A DNA stretch of 52,604 nucleotides from positions 1-52,604 of IMG/VR virus record IMGVR_UViG_3300030098_002800; one strand, written 5' to 3'. Both the position numbers and the translations under genes were made by a program. This document shows, in pieces, positions 39,919-47,080 of this stretch (position 1 is the stretch's first letter; the number at the start of each line of letters is the position of its first letter). Source of the stretch: a virus (Duplodnaviria; Caudoviricetes). The notes under the pieces were generated by a model. The model did not search any database. It was not told the origin of the DNA and worked only from the letters and a program-made list of their open reading frames with translations.

Positions 39919-39960
39919 ATATTAGGGGTAGCAGTTAATCCTGTTGCCCTTATATTTTTT
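39919..39960 (+). terminator. Intrinsic terminator
   Basis: TAGGGGTAGCAG-TTAATC-CTGTTGCCCTTA followed by a T-run. Confidence 0.7.
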
Positions 39961-39975
39961 GAAAGAATTAAACTT

Positions 39976-40195
39976 ACGGTTTAGTAGTGTAATAACTTGA
40001 AAGTGATTTAATAGTTAGTATTAATATATAAAAAGCTATTACAGTAGCAAGGTTGACATCTAGCTGTAACTGGATCAAATGGTCAACAAGTATGTTAGAA
40101 AGCTACTAGATTGCTAGTAGGGCTATGTCTTTAAGGCGTTGGGAACACTGTAGGGTTTGATCCTATAAATGATGGTTTGAATCCATCCGACCGAA
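39976..40195 (+). tRNA. Degenerate tRNA-Gln(TTG)-like element with ~148-nt insert in the D-loop
   Basis: 5' part ACGGTTTAGTAGTGTAAT. 3' part GGAACAC-T-GTAGG-GTTTGAT-CCTAT-AAAT-GATGG-TTTGAAT-CCATC-CGACCGA. D-stem GTGT/ACAC and acceptor CGGTT/GACCG pair only across the insert. Confidence 0.55.
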
Positions 40196-40241
40196 ATAAT
40201 TAAATAATTAAACTATAACTAACTAAGGAGGGCTAATAATT

Positions 40242-40523
40242 ATGCCTTGGTATATAATACTTAAAGATGTCTTTTTACCTGAGAAATGGCAAACAAACCC
40301 ATTTAAGACAGAAGGACAAAGAAAATCTGCATACGATGTTTATATGCGAGAAAAAGAGAGTCATTGGAGAACAGTTGAAAAGTTACAAGAATGTATCAAT
40401 AAACTTGAAAAGAAATATGCTAAGGTATTATTTACAAATGATAAATTAGTGACTGAGAATAATTACTTAAAAAGTATGTCATTCTTTCAGCTTATCAAGT
40501 GGTATTTTAAAAGAAACAATTAA
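40242..40523 (+). CDS. Early hypothetical protein
   Basis: 93 aa, AAGGAGG RBS. Confidence 0.7.
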   Translation: MPWYIILKDVFLPEKWQTNPFKTEGQRKSAYDVYMREKESHWRTVEKLQECINKLEKKYAKVLFTNDKLVTENNYLKSMSFFQLIKWYFKRNN

Positions 40524-40546
40524 CCTATAACAACCAAGGAGATATT

Positions 40547-40666
40547 ATGACATACATAGAAATACAAGCTCTAATGCCTGATATTGATTGGGATAGAGTA
40601 GCTATAAACTATGCTATACTAGATTGTATTGCTGATAATTATTACAACATAATACTGGAGGTTTAA
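40547..40666 (+). CDS. 39-aa early peptide
   Basis: Not in the track. AAGGAG RBS; MTYIEIQALMPDIDWD... Confidence 0.55.
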   Translation: MTYIEIQALMPDIDWDRVAINYAILDCIADNYYNIILEV

Positions 40667-40667
40667 T

Positions 40668-40814
40668 ATGTATGAGATATTCCAATTAATACATGAAGTG
40701 ATAGGTATATTAGATATATCAATATCATTTAAAGTGTACCATTACATACTATTCTATACTATATACAGATTATATATAAAGTATAAATCAGGAGGAATGG
40801 GAATATGGAGATGA
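40668..40814 (+). CDS. 48-aa hydrophobic early peptide
   Basis: Not in the track. GGAGG RBS; MYEIFQLIHEVIGILD... Confidence 0.5.
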   Translation: MYEIFQLIHEVIGILDISISFKVYHYILFYTIYRLYIKYKSGGMGIWR

Positions 40815-40942
40815 AAATAAAACAATGGTTGCATGCTTTGTGGACCGTAGTTATATATGGTGGTTCTATATGGATTACTATATATTTAGCTGGACATTTA
40901 GTTAATTGGTTAATGCTAACTACCACAAGATATGCACCGTAA
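40811..40942 (+). CDS. 43-aa membrane peptide
   Basis: Not in the track. ATGA overlap with the previous stop; MKIKQWLHALWTVVIYGGSIWITIYLAGHLVNWLML... Confidence 0.5.
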   Translation: MKIKQWLHALWTVVIYGGSIWITIYLAGHLVNWLMLTTTRYAP

Positions 40943-40952
40943 CGATAAGTAA

Positions 40953-41105
40953 TACAGTTGCCTAAGCTTGGCCGCAATAGTGGCTCTTCTGATGGGACTG
41001 TACATATTAGAGAGGATATTGACAGGCGAGTATCGATGTGGTCATAGACTGGAATTGATACCAGCTTCGTGAAACAGATACTAACGAGGGTCAAGCCTCT
41101 CTAAT
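40953..41105 (+). ncRNA. Two adjacent stem-enclosed structured elements
   Basis: TACAGTT/GACTGTA (40953-41002). ATTAGAGAGG/CCTCTCTAAT (41006-41105) enclosing TTGAC/GTCAA, AGTATC/GATACT and CTGG/CCAG. Confidence 0.5.
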
Positions 41106-41123
41106 TAACTAACCAAAGGAGAC

Positions 41124-41969
41124 ATGATGACTTTAAAAGAATTAAAAAAGAAAGCTAAAAAGACTGGAGGTAAAGTAATTAAAAGAAGTGATGGAAATTA
41201 TAGATTACATTATAAAACTATAATTGATACATCTTTATGGACTTTACCTGAAGAAATATTAGAGATTGCAAAATCAATTGATGATAATACTAAAGAAGTA
41301 GTAATCCATGGTATTATTCGTAAAAGAAAAGATATACCTAAAGGTATTTCAAAACACATATCATTTAATTCAACTAAGGCGTTTAAAAGATGGATTCGTG
41401 AAATGTATCGTAGTATGATAAGATCTGGACATAAAATAAAAGTATTAAAAGAACAATCTCATTTACCTAGAGATTCTAAATATAGAAAATCTAGTGGTGT
41501 TACTTATGTATCTGGTGTTTATTGTTATATGTGTAATAAGAAATGCCTGCAAACCTGGACTGCATTTAAAAAGAAATTAAAACCAACATGTTCAAAGAAA
41601 TGTAAGGATAGAGGTATGTATCATGATATGCAACATTTGCATGATGGTAAATGGTGGGATGTATATTCTTTAAATAAAGGTTATCATTCTATAAGAAGAA
41701 AAGATCCTAAAACAGGAAAAACTATTAGAACTTCTAGACATAGAGATAATTGGATAAAACATTATGGAGTTGAACCTAAAAAGGGATATCATCTTCATCA
41801 TATCAATATGTGTAAAGGTGATGATGATATTTCTAATTTAATGGAACTTTCACCTAGAAGACATCAGCAATTACATGGTACATTTAACGATATATGTAAA
41901 CCTCTTATGGATATGGGTATTGTGAAATTTAACAAAGATAAAGGCTATTATTTAGCCAAGGGAGTGTAA
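41124..41969 (+). CDS. HNH endonuclease with Zn-ribbon
   Basis: CxxC...CxxxC, then HR..W...LHHIN..KGDD.ISNL...HQQLH. Confidence 0.85.
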   Translation: MMTLKELKKKAKKTGGKVIKRSDGNYRLHYKTIIDTSLWTLPEEILEIAKSIDDNTKEVVIHGIIRKRKDIPKGISKHISFNSTKAFKRWIREMYRSMIRSGHKIKVLKEQSHLPRDSKYRKSSGVTYVSGVYCYMCNKKCLQTWTAFKKKLKPTCSKKCKDRGMYHDMQHLHDGKWWDVYSLNKGYHSIRRKDPKTGKTIRTSRHRDNWIKHYGVEPKKGYHLHHINMCKGDDDISNLMELSPRRHQQLHGTFNDICKPLMDMGIVKFNKDKGYYLAKGV

Positions 41970-41970
41970 T

Positions 41971-42255
41971 ATGACTTATGCAGATGTAATACGATTCTAT
42001 AAAGAACAATTAAACAAGTTTGATAAACTAGGACTTGGCAAAGAGACTGAACATGGTACTGTTGTAACAGAAAGATTGATAGAAAATACCAAAACCAGGC
42101 TACATGAACTTCAGTTCAAGAATATCAAAAAAGAAGTAGATAAACAAGTATTTAGAGCTAAAAAGAAGAATGCTGATGTAGAAAGTTTAAAGCAACAAAT
42201 CTATATCTTAGAGTATAATCTTATGAGGCTGAAGGAGGATGTAGGATTAATATGA
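41971..42255 (+). CDS. Hypothetical protein
   Basis: 94 aa, GGAG RBS. Confidence 0.7.
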   Translation: MTYADVIRFYKEQLNKFDKLGLGKETEHGTVVTERLIENTKTRLHELQFKNIKKEVDKQVFRAKKKNADVESLKQQIYILEYNLMRLKEDVGLI

Positions 42256-42422
42256 AACCATGTAGTAAATGCGGTGAAGGTAAAAGACTGACCTATAAGA
42301 GTTATTGTAGGCTATGTCACAATGCAATGCAGAAAAGGCATAGAGAAAAACGTAAAGAACTTAACAAATCAATACATCAAGTGGGTTGGAGATGGTGGTA
42401 TACCCACTGGTGTAATGATTAA
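42252..42422 (+). CDS. 56-aa Zn-finger peptide
   Basis: Not in the track. MKPCSKC...YCRLC; ATGA overlap. Confidence 0.6.
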   Translation: MKPCSKCGEGKRLTYKSYCRLCHNAMQKRHREKRKELNKSIHQVGWRWWYTHWCND

Positions 42423-42441
42423 ACCAAGGAGGCTAAGTAAT

Positions 42442-42663
42442 ATGAGAAAATATAACTGTGCTGAATGTGGAAAAGAAGATGTTGGAGCAAGAGGATTATT
42501 CCTTGAAAGTATTATTTATCATGGATGGGCAAGATTAGATGTATATGGTAATTTTACTGAACTTTGTTGTGATGAATGTTATGACAATGGTAATTATAGC
42601 TTCAGGAAAGATGAATATTTCGATGAATCTTATTGTGGAGAAAGATTAGATAATGACTATTAA
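42442..42663 (+). CDS. Cys-rich hypothetical protein
   Basis: Start moved to MRKYNCAEC after AAGGAGG; two CxxC motifs. Confidence 0.65.
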   Translation: MRKYNCAECGKEDVGARGLFLESIIYHGWARLDVYGNFTELCCDECYDNGNYSFRKDEYFDESYCGERLDNDY

Positions 42664-42678
42664 ACTAAGGAGACTATT

Positions 42679-42894
42679 ATGAGCGATTTAGATGATTTTA
42701 TGAAAGATGAATTAAAATGGGCAGAAGAAGAGTCTAAAATAAATACAAAAGAAGATCTAATTTCATATTTTATGAAAAGATTCAAGATAGACTTAGATGA
42801 AGCAACTAGATATTGCCAATTTCTTGATGATACAGCTGATGGAGGTGCATTAGCTCCATTTAAAGACAACAACCAAGGAGATAATAATGAGTGA
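42679..42894 (+). CDS. Acidic hypothetical protein
   Basis: 71 aa, AAGGAG RBS. Confidence 0.7.
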   Translation: MSDLDDFMKDELKWAEEESKINTKEDLISYFMKRFKIDLDEATRYCQFLDDTADGGALAPFKDNNQGDNNE

Positions 42895-43024
42895 TTTTAA
42901 TGAAGAAATGATCATAGAAAGTGAAGAGTTTATACTATATGTTATGAAAAGATTTAAATATAGTAGAGAGGAAGCTGAAGATCATAGAACTAAGATATTG
43001 AATAAACTTAAGGAGGATAAGTAA
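42887..43024 (+). CDS. 45-aa paralog of the preceding gene
   Basis: Not in the track. MSDFNEE...FILYVMKRFKYSREEA; AAGGAG RBS. Confidence 0.65.
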   Translation: MSDFNEEMIIESEEFILYVMKRFKYSREEAEDHRTKILNKLKEDK

Positions 43025-43398
43025 TGGCAAATGGAAGAACAGAAAGATCAAAGATATTACAAGAATCTCGTTTAAAACTTGAAAGATATAAAAGAGAAAG
43101 AATAGGTAATCCTAAATATTGGTGTAAAGATGAACAAATGCTTAGAGGTTTATCAACACCATATATGAGAGGTGAGCTATTAACTTTTGTAGGGTTTGAT
43201 TATGATAGCTTTAATGATAGTACAGAAGATATAAAAGCATATTCTGAGTTATTTGATAATGAAGAATTTCTTGAATGGAAGTATAGAAGAAATGCTTTCT
43301 TTGGTGTTTCAAAGAGTAATATGATATCAATATATCTAATGCTTAAGAAGAAATATGCTATAATTGCTAAAGAATCAATTAAACAGGAGGACAAGTAA
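43024..43398 (+). CDS. Hypothetical protein
   Basis: 124 aa, AAGGAGG RBS. Confidence 0.7.
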   Translation: MANGRTERSKILQESRLKLERYKRERIGNPKYWCKDEQMLRGLSTPYMRGELLTFVGFDYDSFNDSTEDIKAYSELFDNEEFLEWKYRRNAFFGVSKSNMISIYLMLKKKYAIIAKESIKQEDK

Positions 43399-43901
43399 TG
43401 GGAATGGATGTATTTGGATTAAAACCTAAGATGAACACTGAGATGCCAAAAGTATTAAAAGATATGCCTGAAGGTAAAGATTGGTTAGATGCTTATAATA
43501 AGATGAGTAAAAAACAGAAAGAAATTTACTATAAAGCTAAAAATAAGCATTATGAAGACAATCCTGGTGTATATTTTAGAAATAATGTATGGTACTGGAG
43601 ACCTTTGTGGGATTATGTATGTAAGAATGTAACTTCTCTTACTGAAGAAGATCATACAAATGGTCATAGTAATAGTGGTTGGCAAATAAGTGAAACAAAA
43701 GCTATAACAATAGCTGGTGTATTATATGCTATGCTTGAAAGTGGTGCTGTTAAAGAAGCTGAGAGATTACATTTTGATGAAAGTAAAGCTCAAGCTGAAG
43801 CTGATCCAGATGATAATTTCCCTACATATCCATTTTCTGAAGAGAATGTAAGAGAGTTTGCTATATTCTGTGAAGAATCAGGAGGGTTTGAGATATGTTA
43901 G
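43398..43901 (+). CDS. Phage hypothetical protein
   Basis: MGMDV...YFRNNVWYWRPLW...SGGFEIC; AGGAGG RBS. Confidence 0.75.
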   Translation: MGMDVFGLKPKMNTEMPKVLKDMPEGKDWLDAYNKMSKKQKEIYYKAKNKHYEDNPGVYFRNNVWYWRPLWDYVCKNVTSLTEEDHTNGHSNSGWQISETKAITIAGVLYAMLESGAVKEAERLHFDESKAQAEADPDDNFPTYPFSEENVREFAIFCEESGGFEIC

Positions 43902-44230
43902 ATGAAATATTGGCTGATGCTGAACAAGTGTTATTAGAAGAGCTAGATAAAATAACTGATGAGGATCCAGAGGCTAATTTATCTAGAGAAGCTGAAGATC
44001 TGGTTCATGAGCTTGCTGATAATCATGTGCCAATATATTATGTAGATATAGTTGAGTGTGCCAGGAGTAATATAAACCTGGCCACTACAACACCTGAGTT
44101 GTGGTCTGAAACAAATGATGTAACTGCAGCTAATCTTATATCTATGAATATATATGAAGAGTTAACATCTCATTTACATGGTGTATTGGATAAATATATC
44201 GATAAACAAGAGGAGAAACTCAATGAATAG
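43895..44230 (+). CDS. ocr: Ocr-like DNA-mimic anti-restriction protein
   Basis: 111 aa, very acidic. HELADNHVPIYYVDI and IYEELT align with T7 gp0.3 HMAADNAVPHYYADI and IYEQLT (recalled sequence). Confidence 0.75.
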   Translation: MLDEILADAEQVLLEELDKITDEDPEANLSREAEDLVHELADNHVPIYYVDIVECARSNINLATTTPELWSETNDVTAANLISMNIYEELTSHLHGVLDKYIDKQEEKLNE

Positions 44231-44459
44231 AGGTATAGATGATGCAGTTAGTGCTGAAATTCAAATCCTAAAAGAAAATAGAAGGAGGCAACGAATGGAT
44301 GAAAGATACGATAACTGGATAGAGGTTTCAGATGAAGATCTCTGGGAAGATGGAGAGTTAGATAAGGTGGATGTCGCTATGAAACTATTTGTTAATATAG
44401 TATCAGAAGGCAAGTGGATAGTATTAAGAAAACTAAGAAAAGGAGAATCACATGGCTAG
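44223..44459 (+). CDS. Hypothetical protein
   Basis: Start moved to MNRG after GAGGAG. Confidence 0.6.
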   Translation: MNRGIDDAVSAEIQILKENRRRQRMDERYDNWIEVSDEDLWEDGELDKVDVAMKLFVNIVSEGKWIVLRKLRKGESHG

Positions 44460-44688
44460 AATACCGAACTGGATTAAAGAAGTAGAAGAAGAATGTAAAG
44501 ACGTAGAAGGTATGACTCCCAGAACAAACCCATATTCAGGGATAGCTGTTAAATTACCTATAACTGCTGCAGCAATTTATGATACAATCAAAGGTGCTGA
44601 GATGCTGGGACAGTATAAAGTAGTTAGACAAGGGTTGGATTGGTTTATACAAAACCATCCTAAAGAATACATGACATTATTAGACTAA
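44452..44688 (+). CDS. Phage hypothetical protein
   Basis: 78 aa, AAGGAG RBS. Confidence 0.7.
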   Translation: MARIPNWIKEVEEECKDVEGMTPRTNPYSGIAVKLPITAAAIYDTIKGAEMLGQYKVVRQGLDWFIQNHPKEYMTLLD

Positions 44689-44699
44689 AAGGAGACAAA

Positions 44700-45206
44700 A
44701 TGGCAAAGTTAACAGAAAAGCAAAGACAATATTTTATTGATAGAGTAACAGATGAAACAAACATAGCAATAAATACTCTTGAATTAAAGTATGCATCAAC
44801 AATACAAAAGACAGCATCTAAGAACTTTAATAAATTCCTTAAAGATCTTAATTGTGAAAAGCTATTTAAAGCAGTAAAAGATGGTGAGAAAAAGCTACAA
44901 GAAAATAGAAGGCAGCTTGCTAACATCATTAATAGTAATAGAACTGCCAAAGAAAATAGTAGTTATGACAGTAAAGTTGGTGATTGGAGTTCAGTTAGAG
45001 ACTTTGAAAGTGCTCTAAGAAATATGGCATCAAAAGTAGCTACACAATTATTTGAGTCTACACCAGGTGGTGCTAAGATTAAGAAACTTAAAGATGTTCA
45101 AAGAGCTGCTATTGATCATATCTATGGTATGACTACCAATCATGAGGTTATTGTTGGTGTTAACAAGCTACTAAGAGGTACTAGTGTTAAACTATTAGGA
45201 GAGTAA
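44700..45206 (+). CDS. Helical hypothetical protein
   Basis: 168 aa, AAGGAG RBS. Confidence 0.75.
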   Translation: MAKLTEKQRQYFIDRVTDETNIAINTLELKYASTIQKTASKNFNKFLKDLNCEKLFKAVKDGEKKLQENRRQLANIINSNRTAKENSSYDSKVGDWSSVRDFESALRNMASKVATQLFESTPGGAKIKKLKDVQRAAIDHIYGMTTNHEVIVGVNKLLRGTSVKLLGE

Positions 45207-45207
45207 T

Positions 45208-45387
45208 ATGATACCAAAATGGATAAACATAGTGAACTTCCTTAAAGGTAAGCCCAGAAAAGAAACTCCTAAAACAATAGAGATCGTTGATGACTTCGAT
45301 CACAGAGGGGAGAAACTTATGAGGGATTACGAGGAAGATCGCATGGCAGAAGAACTAGACAAACTAAAGGAGGAAGATGATGAGTAA
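45208..45387 (+). CDS. 59-aa hypothetical protein
   Basis: Not in the track. AGGAG RBS; MIPKWINIVNFLKG... Confidence 0.6.
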   Translation: MIPKWINIVNFLKGKPRKETPKTIEIVDDFDHRGEKLMRDYEEDRMAEELDKLKEEDDE

Positions 45388-45568
45388 AGAAGAAATCGAA
45401 GGAATCCTTAGATACATAGACCATATGCAGTATGTTCAATGCAAGATAGATGATCTCATATTTGAGTCTATACCTAAACCAAAGGCAAAAGTTAGTAAGA
45501 AGAAGAAAGTGAGGGTGAAAGATGTAGGTGAAGCCTTCCATGATTTTATAACTGAATCAAAGAAATAA
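45377..45568 (+). CDS. Hypothetical protein
   Basis: 63 aa, AAGGAGG RBS. Confidence 0.65.
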   Translation: MMSKEEIEGILRYIDHMQYVQCKIDDLIFESIPKPKAKVSKKKKVRVKDVGEAFHDFITESKK

Positions 45569-45584
45569 TCCCTTGGTTAGGAGC

Positions 45585-45899
45585 GATGTGTGGTGCAGGT
45601 TTTGGTTACGGGGTATGTTCAACCCTATTTGGCCTCTTTTTGTCCTGCACCATATATCATATAAATTGAGAGAGTTACGGCTAAAACCACCATCCGTTAA
45701 AGCCTCATGGGCAAGTCCCGTGGACAAAGCGTGGTCTCTCTCAAAAAATTGCAAGCACAAATAAGAGAACGTGTGATAAGATCCGACCCGACTTTCTTAT
45801 TGCACAAGGTTGGCTAAAAAACGTGTTACATATATTGACTGGCTGGAAGTTGCAGTATGTTGACAGTACACAACAGCATAAAAACTCCACGCTTGCAAT
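45585..45899 (+). ncRNA. Three tandem stem-enclosed structured RNA domains
   Basis: GATGTGTGGTGCAGG/CCTGCACCATATATC (45585-45658), TTGAGAGAG/CTCTCTCAA (45666-45744), ATTGCAAGC/GCTTGCAAT (45748-45899). Confidence 0.55.
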
Positions 45900-45939
45900 A
45901 AATAAAAGAAGGTAATTATTACCCTTCAAAGGAGATAAA

Positions 45940-46080
45940 ATGAATGCATTTAAAACAAACTACGAAATGATTCAGGCACTTGCTGAACAAATTGATCAAT
46001 TGCAAAATCAGATTAATGACTTGATAATAACTGTAAATCATTTAAATAAAAAAATAATAGAAGGAGATCAAGATGATTAA
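45940..46080 (+). CDS. 46-aa coiled-coil peptide
   Basis: Not in the track; AAGGAG RBS. Confidence 0.6.
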   Translation: MNAFKTNYEMIQALAEQIDQLQNQINDLIITVNHLNKKIIEGDQDD

Positions 46081-46252
46081 AGCATTAAGTTTAAAGGATG
46101 TAGAAAAAGCTATTGAAAGTCTTGAGAATAAAATCAAGAAACAAGGGAATATTGTTAATGACAGAGATTCTAATCATTTAGATAATTTGCAGCAATTGTA
46201 TATTTCTTTAATTATGAAAGAAGGTAGAAAAAATAATAACAAAGGAGATTAA
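46073..46252 (+). CDS. 59-aa hypothetical protein
   Basis: Not in the track; AAGGAG RBS. Confidence 0.6.
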   Translation: MIKALSLKDVEKAIESLENKIKKQGNIVNDRDSNHLDNLQQLYISLIMKEGRKNNNKGD

Positions 46253-46253
46253 G

Positions 46254-46523
46254 ATGTCTAAAATAGTAAATGGTGATGAACTGTTTGAAGAAGGCAAGAA
46301 GAAAGAACTATTTGATAATCTATTTAAGGTTGTATTAGAGTTCATAGAAAAGAATGCTTATAATACAAGTCCTGATGGAGATAGAATGAGACAGATAGAA
46401 GAGTTAAAGGAAGAGAATAACAGACTGTCAGATAGAATAACAGAATTAAAAGATCTAGCATATCATGGAGAAACATGTGCTGAACAAGCTAGAGATTATT
46501 TCAGAGATATACATGATATATAA
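46254..46523 (+). CDS. Hypothetical coiled-coil protein
   Basis: 89 aa, AAGGAG RBS. Confidence 0.7.
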   Translation: MSKIVNGDELFEEGKKKELFDNLFKVVLEFIEKNAYNTSPDGDRMRQIEELKEENNRLSDRITELKDLAYHGETCAEQARDYFRDIHDI

Positions 46524-46526
46524 TTC

Positions 46527-46555
46527 TTGTTAAATTCCAGAAAAATTCGTAAGTT
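46527..46555 (+). promoter_or_regulatory. Sigma70-like promoter for the recombination/replication genes
   Basis: TTGTTA-N17-TAAGTT in the gap before ERF. Confidence 0.45.
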
Positions 46556-46595
46556 TAGGCTTGCGATTTGTCGACATAAAAAGAAGGAGAAGCGT

Positions 46596-47072
46596 ATGGA
46601 ACAAAGCGAAATAACTGGTGTCCCTTATAGCGAAGATCTTGATGATGTAGTAGAAGATAGTCCAAGTGATTGGAAATCTGAAAAGATTAATAGTCTTGCT
46701 ACTGCATTAGCTAAAGCTCAAAGCGAAATGAAAGGAGCCAAATCCAAAAGTAAAAACCCATTCTATAATAGTAATTATGCTGATTTACATACTGTAATTG
46801 AAGCCTCTATGCCCTATCTAACTAAGAATGGATTGTCAGTAATACAAGGTAATAGATTCTGCACTGTAACAAACGGATTCTATGTAACTACCATGCTATT
46901 ACATGCATCAGGACAATGGATTAAGAGTGAAGTTAGAATGGCTCTTGGTCAAAAAAGAGATGCTCATGCTATAGGTGCAGCTTGTACTTATGGTAGAAGG
47001 TATGGTCTAGCAGCAATGGTAGGCATAGCACAGCACGATGATGATGGTAATACATTAGTTAATAATAAATAG
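46596..47072 (+). CDS. erf: ERF-family single-strand annealing protein
   Basis: ALAKAQ...NPF...YADL, LLHASGQWI, TYGRRY.L.AMVGIA..DDDGN. Start at MEQ after AAGGAG. Confidence 0.9.
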   Translation: MEQSEITGVPYSEDLDDVVEDSPSDWKSEKINSLATALAKAQSEMKGAKSKSKNPFYNSNYADLHTVIEASMPYLTKNGLSVIQGNRFCTVTNGFYVTTMLLHASGQWIKSEVRMALGQKRDAHAIGAACTYGRRYGLAAMVGIAQHDDDGNTLVNNK

Positions 47073-47080
47073 GAGAAAAC

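Noticed and set aside
40120-40195. Contiguous canonical tRNA ending at 40195
   Set aside because: The immediately upstream bases cannot form the acceptor stem or a proper D-arm; only the split model pairs.
40989-41076. Hammerhead ribozyme (CTGATGG ... GAAAC)
   Set aside because: The core deviates from CUGANGA, and the two motifs fall in different stem-enclosed domains without the required stems.
45573-45764. 63-aa plus-strand ORF with TTG start
   Set aside because: No upstream RBS and atypical composition; better explained by the RNA stems. Domain 2 was also compared by eye with twister and pistol ribozymes and did not fit.
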